A stretch of DNA of 64,000 nucleotides. Origin: Macrostomum hystrix. Its lineage: Eukaryota; Animalia; Platyhelminthes. Of this stretch, positions 33,001 through 44,805 are shown one piece after another (the stretch's first letter is position 1; every line of letters begins with the position of its first letter). A program made the translations under genes and the position numbers. Below the pieces are notes generated by a model that ran no database searches, was not told where the DNA came from, and saw only the letters and a list, made by a program, of their open reading frames with translations. The stretch covers positions 6,758,001 to 6,822,000 of the forward strand of contig CATNEN010000007.1 in assembly GCA_950097015.1 (NCBI GenBank). The letters run 5' to 3'.

Positions 33001-33373
33001 CTAGTTGCAGATCGGTAGCTAATTTTGCCAGTAGATGTTGCCTCCAACCTGCTCGCAGAGTCCGGCAGTTCCAAGTCGCGACTCTTAGTTGTTGTTTCTG
33101 TTTATGCAGCGTGCAATTTGGTTCAGCTTGGATCCGTTGGTTGTGGACCTCTAGGTCCCCGGCGCCACCCGGAGGAACCGTACCACTGCGCATAGAGGTT
33201 CTGCCAGCAGTGCGACGCTCGCGGGCACGGTGTCGGCCACGGCAGTTTCGCTCGCGGCGTCGTTCAATACGCCGACGCACACTGCGTTGTCCTCGTCTGC
33301 AGGGTGGTGTGCCGCTCTTGGCAGCCGCAGCAGGTGCGCGGCTCTCCGTTGAGGCCTTGGTACGCAATTCCAT
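30098..33373 (-). CDS. RTE APE endonuclease-reverse transcriptase (~1090 aa; first ATG at 33373)
   Basis: ATWNCRTL, LQE, AYAPT, GDLNA, QLDHIL, SDHRLL; GKATGPDD, RGISLMS, QNGFRPGRGT, FVDFLKAFDSV, GVLQGDTLAPFLF, YADD. No internal stops. Confidence 0.93.
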   Translation of the reverse strand: MELRTKASTESRAPAAAAKSGTPPCRRGQRSVRRRIERRRERNCRGRHRARERRTAGRTSMRSGTVPPGGAGDLEVHNQRIQAEPNCTLHKQKQQLRVATWNCRTLRAGWRQHLLAKLATDLQLDIVMLQELSIKTDPGLHQEHLGGGWLLQFTSADAKGRGGVGVLTSPRLQKCFRCESLSPRLLRVDLRLRTRNIHLFCAYAPTAAHPTEHRQFLEFLSAQLEAVAQRDSVLVLGDLNAVMRKSERALFVTPRENNNTDALMDFVDRHDLVSANTLFRKPAVRLATFTGCKRPTRNASGKFATKRLAQLDHILIRWRERRRAVNCDTVAPLAIRSDHRLLYCELRLRHPLYRPPKRQPKRFFRALRDPSTRGRFCLAFADALDKRPEPAAPAKYSDVSSAVQAAATKTLPLVKPVASGQPVWQNDEALRQARQTVERLRRSGQPAEEAEKALAEVFKARQRAAVEAAIQEITDAGPDKKPRAVWSVVNQLTGRKRRSTLNLSGDTPEERRNELKAFFSGIVNASPPPPRDDMSLPAEVALPEESSFNTSPITIDEVLLLAKKTPGGKATGPDDVPVEVLRLPLVAQEVTQVMNCVLAGGPAPAEWRTAHIVGIPKKPGTVKVEEHRGISLMSCAAKLYNRVLLTRLQPVLDPFLRREQNGFRPGRGTVNQILALRRILEETRIHQSAVICIFVDFLKAFDSVSRRVIPKILRAYHVPEQLVTAVMALYQETRAAVVTPDGLSDFFDTTSGVLQGDTLAPFLFVLVLDWVLRTGLPDDANGFLLCRRTSSRHPERRLSVLAYADDLALLSSSIEGAQHLLDKLTAAAAMVGLSVNTKKTMVLTVPNDLNGEILCHSVNGQAALLPRCETFIYLGGQVPDILDDMARRRALAWAAFRTLRTVLQCPTLPDRLRGRLFQAVIETVFLYNAQTWTLNGTQEKQLDAAHAGLLRAAFGVHYSPTAVTNTSNDELYRRAQLCRPSQLLRIRRLQLAGHVIRAEQRCPEPLQDVLLLSLQGPRRRGQARALRYPELLLTDAEISDPRGLTILRHSALAHADGSPSGFGLGLSSFVVVVVGSQLDIRRQTLLLHQSQ

Positions 33374-33732
33374 TGTTGGAGCAGGAATTGGCACCAGGAG
33401 GCGGCGGCGCTATTCAAACGCAGTAGCGTTTAAATAGACTGCAACTTTAAATAGACTGCAACTTTAAATAGACTGCAACTTTAAATAGACTGCAACTTTA
33501 AATAGACTGCAACTTTAAATAGACTGCAACTTTAAATAGACTGCAACTTTAAATAGACTGCAACTTTAAATAGACTGCAACTTTAAATAGACTGCAACTT
33601 TAAATAGACTGCAACTTTAAATAGACTGCAACTTTAAATAGACTGCAACTTTAAATAGACTGCAACTTTAAATAGACTGCAACTTTAAATAGACTGCAAC
33701 TTTAAATAGACTGCAAATAGACTTGAAATTTT
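30154..33732 (-). mobile_element. RTE-clade LINE, full length
   Basis: 10-bp TSD TGGCTCCCAA (30144-30153, 33733-33742), 3' (TTG)n tail and a single EN-RT ORF. Confidence 0.9.
33429..33715. repeat. 17-bp tandem array (TTAAATAGACTGCAACT)n forming the RTE 5' end
   Basis: About 17 perfect copies inside the TSD-bounded element. Confidence 0.95.
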
Positions 33733-34699
33733 TGGCTCCCAAAAATACACTACAGAGATACGAAACACACTTTAACATTGAATAACCCGCAGACGCTTTC
33801 ATGAATCAGTCTGAAATTTTACACATCCAATCAACTCGATTGCATCAGAGGTTTTGTAACTTTTTATTGCGATTGATGCAGTAGAAGTGTCTGCCTGCGA
33901 ATGTCAAGCTGGCTCCCAAAAATACACTACAGAGATACGAAACACACTTTAACATTGAATAACCCGCAGACGCTTTCATGAATCAGTCTGAAATTTTACA
34001 CATCCAATCAACTCGATTGCATCAGAGGTTTTGTAAATTTTCATGGCGATTGATGCAGTAGAAGTTACTTTTTGAAAGTACAAGAAAATACACTGCGGAG
34101 ATAGGAACAAACTTCAAAGCTGTGTAATTCTTTTATGCATTGACAAAAATATATTATATTTATTTTGGAACGTTATATTAGTTGCATCAGAAGATCGTGT
34201 AAGTTTCGCTGTAATTGAATGGTTATTTTTTAAGTTACAATACTCTTGTTTGAATGTGAATGTGAATGTCAATTGGGAAATTAATACGTGTAAAGTTAGC
34301 GGTTTTTACCGCGCGGTAAAATGTCGCTAACGTAAATCACAAACGTTTTTTCAACTTGCTTTTCTATTTTTCTGCTAGGCCCCTATTATTGTATTTGTAT
34401 TTTCAAATAGTAATTTTCATAGGAATAATTTTGCTATATCTTTATGTGCATCTATGTGTTGATATTCTACAACTTGCAAAGTGCTAGCTGTCTTATTATA
34501 GCACTTGTGATATATTTGGCCTAATATTTTAGCTAATAATAGCTTATTCTAGAGGTTGAACCTGATTGTGAATTTGTGAATTCATGTCCCTTTTTATGAA
34601 TGTGATTTCTCAATACTGGTTCATGATTAGGCCTAGTAAAATTTCCTTTCTTCATGAAATCATTTGATGTCTAACTTCCTCTATGTAATTCTGATATTT

Positions 34700-35225
34700 A
34701 AGAAAGTTTTAAGAAAGAAAGAAGGCAAACTTGAATCACAGATCTATCATGGTGGCTGCAGGCTACACAATGTTTTGTACTCTTTTTCTCCTCTGCAAAG
34801 CAAACTTGAAGCCCCTCAATTAGAGAAAGCCTCATAGATAACTAATGCCAAAGGTGTCCACCTGTTGCATGTGATCCAGAGAGATCTTGACAAATGTCAG
34901 GACACAAGCAAGACAGGCATTTTCTTGGCTTAGCTCTCGAATGAAAACCTCGAAAACTTCTAGCAGCTTAACAGCCTTCTATGACACCAGGTACTCATTT
35001 TCAGAGCACATCAATGGGATGATACTGTGTCCTGTAGACGCTTAGGGCCAGCTCCTGCTCATTGATCTTCTTGAGCATGGCAAATGTGGAATTCCACCAT
35101 GTATCCATATCCTGCTCAAGGCAGTGGACAGGCAGGTCAAGCTGCTTTTGCAAAGCAGTTAAGTTAGCTTGTGCTGTTGCAGAATGATTGAAGTGCCCTG
35201 CAATGCTTCCTGCCTTGTTGATGCC
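34700..35225 (-). pseudogene. hAT transposase fragment
   Basis: Minus-strand translation INKAGSIAGHFNHSATAQANLTALQKQLDLPVHCLEQDMDTWWNSTFAMLKKINEQ (cf. QDV.TRWNST..ML). Confidence 0.8.
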
Positions 35226-35691
35226 TTGTCAATGAATAATAAATTCCACAATCACAATCATGCCCAGCCTTAAAAAATTCACAAAATTTCACTCGCAACA
35301 AAAAATGCATATTTGTCTGGTCTTTAGCTTATTGTTGCTTGTCCAAGAACAAGTAACATTTTCTTCAGTGAGAAAAAATTATATACAATAGGCCTATTTG
35401 ACAGTCTTATTAATATAATGTTTTTATGTTTGTTTTTGCATACAAGAGCTGTGAATGCTTATTCACAGCTCTTGTTATGGCATCCTTATAACAGTTTTTA
35501 TAAAACTGAGAAAATAATTTATTATTATTGCAGTTTATGTCCCATAATTTCTGCTTGCATGACATAATGATACCCATATATTGATACTAGCTATGCATTG
35601 ACCCTTATATTGATTTCTTAATTGTGTATTCATAATGTAACCTTTCATACAGTATTTCAGCCTTCAGTGTTCTACCCAATAATTAAAAGAC

Positions 35692-38600
35692 ATGGCCGAA
35701 ATGTGCGCTACACAACAGTTAGAAGAGTGCATTGACAGTGTCTGTTATCCACCTGACACTGATAACAGTCCAGTGTTAGGCAAAAATGGGAGCACTGCAG
35801 TAGAGAATGGCAGCCATCAACAGAGGAATGGGAATTCCAATTCGTCCACTTGGGGCCATCTGCTGTCTATAAATGATGGCTATCCCACCATTAGTGAGTG
35901 ATTTCAATTACTGAAAAACAAATGTATTTATTTAGTTCTGAAAAACTGCAGGCTGATTGCTTGCTTTTCGTGCATTAAATTGAAGTTTTAGTAGTTTAAG
36001 TTAAATAGAGCAAAGATGAATAGTGTATGGAGAGAAAGAGGAAGAGAATTAGAATGTGGGCTTAACCGCCTAGAGCCCAAAATGCTTTATTGTTTGAAAT
36101 CTTACCAGGCGGGTTAATTATTTCGCCTGTATCCTAATTTGCTTCAGCCTCACCGAAATTTCAAATTCTAAATTTGCTGGTCCCTTAGATTCACCCTTTT
36201 CATCCTAATTATCCTAATCCTCATTCTCCTAAATCCCAATTCTCCCTATTACCTTTCTTCCTTATCTGTATTTATTCCTAATCACTAGTTTGCCTTTTTC
36301 AATTCTCACAATTCTCAAACCTCACAATCCTCAATTCTCCTTAATCCCATATCTCCCAAATTCCATCACCCTATTCCCGTTTCTCCCTATTCCCTACTCT
36401 CTCAAATCCTAGTACTCCTTTATCCCCATTCTCCCGTATTCCTTTTCGCCCTTCCTAATCTCCCTTTTCGCTATTTCCCCATCTTTATTCTTCGTAAATG
36501 TCCTTGAATCCATAGTTCGTCGAAATCCTAAGATACAATAATATCAGAATCTTCACCACAGTATCGGGCTCGTCCCGCTAATTGGCTTTGGGATCTACCA
36601 ATCTTCTCTGCATTTAATATTCGAAATGTCGCATTGATAATTCCTTTTGTTGAAATGTAACTCGTAATTCACGGTAAGTTACCGCTAAATAATTAGTTAG
36701 CTAGGGTTCTTTTTTAACCTACTTTTTACCGGTTTTGAGTCTATAACCGATTATACTAGCTGTGAACAGTAAAAGGACCGCCATATTTCCTCCTTGGGGG
36801 AAGACCTCGGGGTATTTCAAATACCCACTGCTTAATTCACGAAAGCTCCTAAAACAAACTAACTTTCACAGCCATCCGACGTCAGCATCGTCGGCATATT
36901 CAACTATTCTTGTCGTAGTCCCTGGTGACAGGGTCATCTTACTTTGCTCTACTTGCTTACTTTACTTTGCTTTATAGAATTTTATATAAATAAAATTATA
37001 AATAAAATAATTATAAAATTATACTTTTATCAATCCAAATTAGTCAGCTTTGATTTGATTTTGGATTTTTGTGAATTGATATTTCTTTTTTGCCTAAATT
37101 TCTGGTTTTTCCACCAGACACCACTACGGGAGTTGTTGAATATCTCGACGATGCCGGTGTTTTGTATGTTTGGAAGTGAGTTAAATAACTGTTACAGTTT
37201 TGTACAGAAAGTATATAAGTATATAATAATATTAAAAATTATTATTTTATATTAAAAAATTAAACGAAATAAACTGAACTTGAAGAGTTATAACCAGCTC
37301 CTGATGCACTTCTCCCCTACGCAGCGCTGCAGAAGACGTCGGTTTTAGTTGGGCGCGGAGATTTGTGCGACATTCGCCTGCCGTCATTGAAGCGGAGCCA
37401 GCAGATTTCCACGCAGCATTTCACTATCATGCACCTGGTAGGGCCATTTTTCTGTCATAGGCGTAGCCAACGTATTCATTGTCAATTGTCAAATTCAAAG
37501 TTTGCAAGTTCCAGAAATATCTAAATGAAATCGCCCCTAACTATTTGAATTGCTATTCAATATTTGTTTTAGCCTGAATCGGCCCTTCGCCATGGCAATG
37601 ACGGCCATCCCACCAATGGCAATGGTGACTCCGAAATAAGCCGTAAAGCGTCTGTCTCCATGGTGACAGTTGTGTGCGATCACAGCACGAACGGCACATT
37701 TGTGGATGGAGTAAAAATCGGTTAGCTTATTTATTTGAAAATTGTGTAAAATTTACCTACTCATGAGTAGTAAAACTAAGAGAAAAAGTATCTATGGAAA
37801 GTAAGTCACGCATTTATTTTGCCTTTGAGTGCAAAATTGCCCGTGTAAGTCAACTAAGCTAGCAACTATGCTATCCCGAAACTCTTCGTCTATGGTTGCA
37901 TTTGATTTATTACTAAAAGTCTACTGTGCTTGTGGGACTGCTTGTATGAAACTTGCGGCAATTAGCATCTGATTGCAAGCTGATACCTTGTGTTACCGCC
38001 GCCACGCCTGCTAGGCAAGGACAAGCAGGTTGTGATTAACAACAACCAGGTGATCTCCCTACTTTCTGCCGGCAATCGCTGCTGGATGTTTGCCGAATGT
38101 CGCAGCGACGACGACCCGGATGATCGACCGGAGCTGCCTGAGTCCATCACCAGCCGGTTTGTGGTGTCTTCCCAGCTGGGCGAGGGCGGCTTCGGCAAGG
38201 TGTTCCTGGCCTACGAGATCGGCACCTGCCGGTCCTGCGCTATTAAAGTCATCTGCAAACGGGACATGTTCTATATGGGCACTGTAAGTTGCGTCAAGGG
38301 TGTTAAGACTCGTTCGTTAACTTTTTTTGGAGGCTTCTTGAACTTTAATCCTATAAAACAGTTCCATCTTATTAGGTTCATAAATCTGTGCCTACAGATG
38401 TGTTTAGAGGTGCTGAGTTAAAATATATATATATAGTTTTATCAGCAACCACTTCCTTTAAAATGGCTTCCTCATAACAATCCTATTAAAATTAGGTAAA
38501 ATCACACGATTTGCTGTAAAAACCAGGAGCAAACTTGTACCAACTACTTTACATATTATTTTTAAGTATACAGGTAAGCTACAACAGACAGTAAATTGAA

Positions 38601-41600
38601 GACCCACTGTCTTCTATTGGGTCTAGTGGGCAGCAGGTGAAGTTTGAAGTCGATTGGAAAACCTGAAGTAAAGTTCAAGAAGCCTCATTTTGTGCCTATT
38701 TTTTTATAATCACCATTTTCTTTATTTCGGGTGTAAATCACTGGAGTTACCATGGTGACATAGAAATTGTATGCGCGTGTATTATGATGGATTGATGTCA
38801 ATAGACCGGTACACGGTGTCAAAGGCTGTGGGTAAGAATCTCCATCTAGCTATTATAAGAGCATTTTACATCCACTGCAATCCGCGGCACAGGTCTCAGA
38901 GATTGACCGCGCCATCCAGACTCAGGAGGTCAAGAATCTGATGTCCATCCAGCATCCGAATATCATTCGTGTTCTGGAGTTTATCAACGATCAGGACAAC
39001 GCTTTCATTGTTCTGGAATAGTAAGTTCAGATGCTGTCCTCACTTCCCAATGGCGTGATCTCAGCATTGCTTGTTAACACTAGACTTGCCTGGACACTGA
39101 CTTGTTTCTGTTTGCATCTTTACAGCATGTCGGGTGGCGACCTCTACGATAAAATTGAGCGCTGCAAAACTCTCACGGACGCCCAGACGAAGCACATTGG
39201 ATATCAGCTGGCCTGCGCTGTTCTGGTCAGTGAAATACCCATTTGAGTTTGAGTCTTTGTCGCTTTTCTATGAAAATTAACCAGCATCTGACTTACAGCT
39301 TCTTCTCATTTTAGCACCTGCACGAAAACAATATCAGTCACAGGGATATTAAGGTAATCTCTCTTATTCCTCCAAACAGCAGCGACCATTCAAATTGAGT
39401 ATTTAGTGAAGATATCAGCCTGACGACTCAGATTGAGTATTTAGTGAAGATATCAGCCTGACGACTCAGATTGAGTATTTAGTGAAGATATCAGCCTGAC
39501 GACTCAGATTGAGTATTTAGTGAAGATATCAGCCTGACGACTCAGATTGAGTATTTAGTGAAGATATTAGCCTGACGATTCAGATTGAGTATTTAGTGAA
39601 GATATTAGCCTGACGACTCAGATTGAGTATTTAGTGAAGATATTAGCCTGACGACTCAGATTGAGTATTTAGTGAAGATATTAGCCTGACGACTCAGATT
39701 GAGTATTTAGTGAAGATATTAGCCTGACGACTCAGATTGAGTATTTAGTGAAGATATCAGCCTGACGACTCAGATTGAGTATTTAGTGAAGATATTAGCC
39801 TGACGACTCAGATTGAGTATTTAGTGAAGATATCAGCCTGACGACTCAGATTGAGTATTTAGTGAAGATATCAGCCTGACGACTCAGATTGAGTATTTAG
39901 TGAAGATATCAGCCTGACGACTCAGATTGAGTATTTAGTGAAGATATCAGCCTGACGACTCAGATTGAGTATTTAGTGAAGATATCAGCCTGACGACTCA
40001 GATTGAGTATTTAGTGAAGATATTAGCCTGACGACTCAGATTGAGTATTTAGTGAAGATATTAGCCTGACGACTCAGATTGAGTATTTAGTGAAGATATC
40101 AGCCTGACGACTCAGATTGAGTATTTAGTGAAGATATCAGCCTGACGACTCAGATTGAGTATTTAGTGAAGATATTAACCTGACGACTCAGATAGTGCAA
40201 ATAATTCAAATCACGGATTGAATGTCTTGTCCAAGATTATTAATAAAATCCTGCATCTCACAGCCAGAGAATGTGCTGCTGGCCGACAAGGACGCCGAAC
40301 TGCCCACCGTCAAGCTGACAGACTTCGGCCTCAGCAAGCTGCTCCACCGAGGCACCGTTCTGCGCACCGTCTGCGGCACGCCGGGCTACACGGCGCCGGA
40401 GATTAACGAGCTGGGGGAAGAGCAGAGCTACACTAACAAGTGCGACGTCTGGTCCCTTGGCGCATTGCTGTTCGCTTGGTGAGCCTGAATCCGACTAGCT
40501 AACTCCTTGTGTACATTTCTAGCACAAAGTCAAACAGCTGACCCACTGGCAGTGTCTAACAGCTGACTCACTGGCAGTGTCTAACAGCTGACTCACTAGC
40601 AGTGTCTAACAGCTGACTCACTAGCAGTGTCTAACAGCTGACTCACTAGCAGTGTCTAACAGCACACACACTAGCAGTGTCTAACAGCTGACTCACTAGC
40701 AGTGTCTAACAGCTGACTCACTAGCAGTGTCTAACAGCTGACTCAGTGTCTAACAGCTGACTCAGTGTCTAACAGCTGACTCAGTGTCTAACAGCTGACT
40801 CACTAGCAGTGTCTAACAGCTGACTCAGTGTCTAACAGCTGACTCAGTGTCTAACAGCTGACTCAGTGTCTAACAGCTGACTCACTAGCAGTGTCTAACA
40901 GCTGACTCACTAGCAGTGTCTAACAGCTGACTCACTAGCAGTGTCTAACAGCTGACTCAGTGGACGATGGGGCTAATCTGGCAAGTTATCTTTGGGAACG
41001 TTTTTCGGTAGCAGTAGAAATATTTTTATTCCATTTGCAGTCTGTTCGGCCGCTCATACAACCCCGATTCGGATGCGGAGGTGCTGGGATTGGCTGCATC
41101 GCAGGACTGCGCTCCAGCTGAACCTGCTGATTCCGAGCCGCCTGCCTCGCCAATTTCAGCGTCAGCTGCCAGCCTCCTGCAGGCCATGCTTCAGCCGCTG
41201 CCAGAGCGCCGCCTGGCCATGTCGGACGTGATTGCGCATCCGTGGTTCGCCGACTGCCGCCTGCCGCTCAATGAAGCCGCCGCTTCGACCGGACAATCTG
41301 TCGATGTAGCTGACGGAACAGTTGACGCCGCCACCGCCGTCGCTACTGGCGATGTGTCAATCGTGTCGGAGGCCTCCTCTATTATTGTCGAGAAGTCGCC
41401 GCTGACATCAGAGCGGACGGTGGCAGCTGAACCAATTGGCAGCGGAGTCTCGGCGCGTAAAAATCGGCGCGTCGGTCGTGCTAGCACCTCGACAGTGTCG
41501 TCAGCGGCTGCGCCATCGTCACCGAAAGTCGATTCAATCAATGACAATGAAGGCGCCGCGCAGCCGCAGCCATCGTCGCGTGCCGCTCGTCGACTCAGCA

Positions 41601-41731
41601 AGCGCGCCTGGCCGACTGAGGCGGAAGCCACACCGGCGCTGGAAGCCTCGCCGGCGCAGTCCGAGGAGACGCTGGCCGCTGACGCGCCGCCGGCTAAGCG
41701 CTGGCGCGGCTGGTCGTGTGAACTTCTCTAG
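35692..41731 (+). CDS. CHEK2: Chk2-like FHA-domain Ser/Thr kinase. Exons 35692-35893, 37325-37437, 37573-37720, 38015-38283, 38893-39020, 39126-39225, 39315-39353, 40264-40478, 41041-41731
   Basis: FHA motifs VGRG..CD, ISTQHF and DHSTNGTFV. Kinase motifs LGEGGFGKV, AIK, HPNII, HRDIK-PEN, DFG, RTVCGTPGYTAPE and DVWSLG. GT-AG phases are consistent. Confidence 0.88.
39394..40192. repeat. 38-bp intronic minisatellite (~21 copies)
   Basis: ATTGAGTATTTAGTGAAGATATCAGCCTGACGACTCAG in tandem. Confidence 0.95.
40533..40962. repeat. 25/18-bp intronic minisatellite (CAGTGTCTAACAGCTGACT[CACTAG])
   Basis: Tandem, with two unit lengths. Confidence 0.95.
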
Positions 41732-42914
41732 TCAGCCGATGTGACAGCCGAAAGGCAACGGCAAGCTCTCCTGCTGTGCTGTTCACTTCAATTAACAATT
41801 CCTTGACAGCTTTTGAATTGTTATCGGTTTTGAATTTTTCCTATCATCCCGCTATCGATCTGGCCGCGTGTAAATTGCTGCTTTCAGAGTTGCCATTGCG
41901 TCCTGACTGTCTGACAATGCAATGCAGTTTCTCTCACTCGCCCCCGCCGCACTGTCTCTAACGCGTCCTTACCATACTACTAACGCTGCTTACTAACAAA
42001 TGGCACCGGTGTTTTATTTGTTCCGCTGTGGACTGCGGAGTTTGGTATATTTGGCTTTACTTGTTCTTTTTTTAATTCCATTGCCCAATCTTTTACCTTT
42101 GCCCATTGTTGTGCGTGTGTTTCAACAATTTATTTTAAATCGTTTTTTGGCATTGCCATGTCTTTTATTATCTCCTTAAGGATAGAATTGAATTATTCTA
42201 TCTAGACATATCTGTGTGGCATCGTTTAGCAATGTGCGAACGCACAGTGCACGTCACGGAACCATTCAGTTTCTTCTAATTGATTGTCTTTTTTGTTTTT
42301 CTTTTGTACCTGTACTGTCAAATTGAGCTTACAATCCCGTCCTGCCTACTTGTCAGTAGACTCTGCAGCAAACTTTTTTATTGGGAATAAAAATGACTGA
42401 AATATGCATCGCGTGCATCATTTATTTACCAAGTTTGCCTTTTTATGGTTAATTTTTTGTTATCTTGCTAATTAATCAAGGCCAATTGCGATGGCACTTG
42501 CTCGCTAAATGACTTGCCTCGGAGATGCGGGTTAATGACATGCTATGGGAAGTTCTACTTCACTCAATGAGTGACAAATAGTGCAGCTATTGTTACAGAC
42601 CATTCGCTCTCCTATTTTGGACTTTTACTTTTACTACTATTTGTGTTTCTTCTTTGACAGCCTAAAATCTGGGGCATCCAGTTTTTTTATTCTCTAATTT
42701 GTTAATTCGAATTTCCAATGCACCAACCCTCGCTGTACGCGTTTTTGTTCTCGAAATGGGTTGACAAACCATTGTCGGATTTATCCAAATAAAACGCCTA
42801 CAAAAGTGCACTTGTGCGAATGGAAAATTGTGAAACTTTTTCCAGTTGTGACTGGCTTTCTATCTCCCATGGGTGTCTTCTGTGAGTGTTTACCTGAGGC
42901 GAAGGGGCGATATC

Positions 42915-44670
42915 TAGCAGCTGACTGAAGAGCAGTGTCTAACAGCTGACTGAAGAGCAGTGTCTAACAGCTGACTGAAGGGCAGTGTCTAACAGCTGGC
43001 TGAAGGGCAGTGTCTAACAGCTGACTGAAGGGCAGTGTCTAACAGCTGGCTGAAGAGCAGTGTCTAACAGCTGGCTGAAGAGCAGTGTCTAACAGCTGGC
43101 TGAAGAGCAGTGTCTAACAGCTGACTGAAGAGCAGTGTCTAACAGCTGACTGAAGAGCAGTGTCTAACAGCTGACTGAAGGACAGTGTCTAACAGCTGAC
43201 TGAAGAGCAGTGTCTAACAGCTGGCTGAAGGGCAGTGTCTAACAGCTGACTGAAGGGCAGTGTCTAACAGCTGACTGAAGAGCAGTGTCTAACAGCAGAC
43301 TGAAGGGCAGTGTCTAACAGCTGACTGAAGGGCAGTGTCTAACAGCAGACTGAAGGACAGTGTCTAACAGCAGACTGAAGGACAGTGTCTAACAGCTGAC
43401 TGAAGGACAGTGTCTAACAGCTGACTGAAGGGCAGTGTCTAACAGCAGACTGAAGGACAGTGTCTAACAGCTGACTGAAGGGCAGTGTCTAACAGCAGAC
43501 TGAAGGACAGTGTCTAACAGCTGACTGAAGGGCAGTGTCTAACAGCTGACTGAAGGACAGTGTCTAACAGCTGACTGAAGAGCAGTGTCTAACAGCTGAC
43601 TGAAGGGCAGTGTCTAACAGCAGACTGAAGGACAGTGTCTAACAGCTGACTGAAGGACAGTGTCTAACAGCTGACTGAAGGACAGTGTCTAACAGCTGAC
43701 TGAAGGGCAGTGTCTAACAGCTGACTGAAGGACAGTGTCTAACAGCTGACTGAAGGGCAGTGTCTAACAGCAGACTGAAGGACAGTGTCTAACAGCTGAC
43801 TGAAGGGCAGTGTCTAAAAGCTGACTGAAGGACAGTGTCTAACAGCTGACTGAAGGGCAGTGTCTAACAGCAGACTGAAGGACAGTGTCTAACAGCTGAC
43901 TGAAGGGCAGTGTCTAACAGCTGACTGAAGGACAGTGTCTAACAGCTGACTGAAGGGCAGTGTCTAACAGCTGACTGAAGGGCAGTGTCTAACAGCTGAC
44001 TGAAGGGCAGTGTCTAACAGCTGACTGAAGGGCAGTGTCTAACAGCTGACTGAAGGGCAGTGTCTAACAGCTGACTGAAGGGCAGTGTCTAACAGCTGAC
44101 TGAAGGGCAGTGTCTAACAGCTGACTGAAGGACAGTGTCTAACAGCTGACTGAAGGGCAGTGTCTAACAGCAGACTGAAGGACAGTGTCTAACAGCTGAC
44201 TGAAGGGCAGTGTCTAAAAGCTGACTGAAGGACAGTGTCTAACAGCTGACTGAAGGGCAGTGTCTAACAGCAGACTGAAGGACAGTGTCTAACAGCTGAC
44301 TGAAGGGCAGTGTCTAACAGCTGACTGAAGGACAGTGTCTAACAGCTGACTGAAGGGCAGTGTCTAACAGCTGACTGAAGGGCAGTGTCTAACAGCTGAC
44401 TGAAGGGCAGTGTCTAACAGCTGACTGAAGGGCAGTGTCTAACAGCTGACTGAAGGGCAGTGTCTAACAGCTGACTGAAGGGCAGTGTCTAACAGCTGAC
44501 TGAAGGGCAGTGTCTAACAGCTGACTGAAGGACAGTGTCTAACAGCTGACTGAAGGACAGTGTCTAACAGCTGACTGAAGGACAGTGTCTAACAGCTGAC
44601 TGAAGGACAGTGTCTAACAGCTGACTGAAGGGCAGTGTCTAACAGCTGACTGAAGGGCAGTGTCTAACAG
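42915..44670. repeat. 25-bp minisatellite (CAGTGTCTAACAGCTGACTGAAGGG)n, ~70 copies
   Basis: Tandem. Shares a 19-bp core with 40533-40962. Confidence 0.95.
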
Positions 44671-44805
44671 TTGAAAGATGCAACTTCTAAAACACGACTA
44701 AGTATTGTGGATAGGTAACTGACCTAAAGACAGTATAGAGAGCTCAGCAAGCGGAATGTATTTTTTGCTTTCACTATGTGAAGTTAAATCAAAAGCGCGC
44801 TACTG

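Larger units (their letters stand above)
29975..34065. repeat. ~177-bp tandem repeat near the MULE end (copies ~29975-30153, 33733-33917, 33918-34065), split by the RTE insertion
   Basis: AAAATACACTACAGAGATACGAAACACAC...GCTGGCTCCC repeated. Confidence 0.85.
16501..34356 (-). mobile_element. Foldback/NOF-like Mutator (MULE) DNA transposon with three nested retroelement insertions
   Basis: ACGTTAGCGACATTTTACCGC (16511-16531) is the exact reverse complement of 34313-34333. The outer AGTTTAAAAAACGTT (16501-16515) matches the reverse complement of 34342-34356 at 14/15. Subterminal tandem arrays lie at both ends, with a transposase gene inside. No clean TSD. Confidence 0.75.

Noticed and set aside
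34357-34371. 9-bp TSD for the MULE (TCTATTCTT left vs TCTATTTTT right)
   Set aside because: It has one mismatch and is offset by 6 nt from the TIR end in AT-rich DNA, so it is not reliable.
39394-44670. Regular 25-43-bp arrays resembling CRISPR (also 16578-17253 and 54630-56072)
   Set aside because: Units are contiguous with no unique spacers, there are no cas genes, and the context is eukaryotic.
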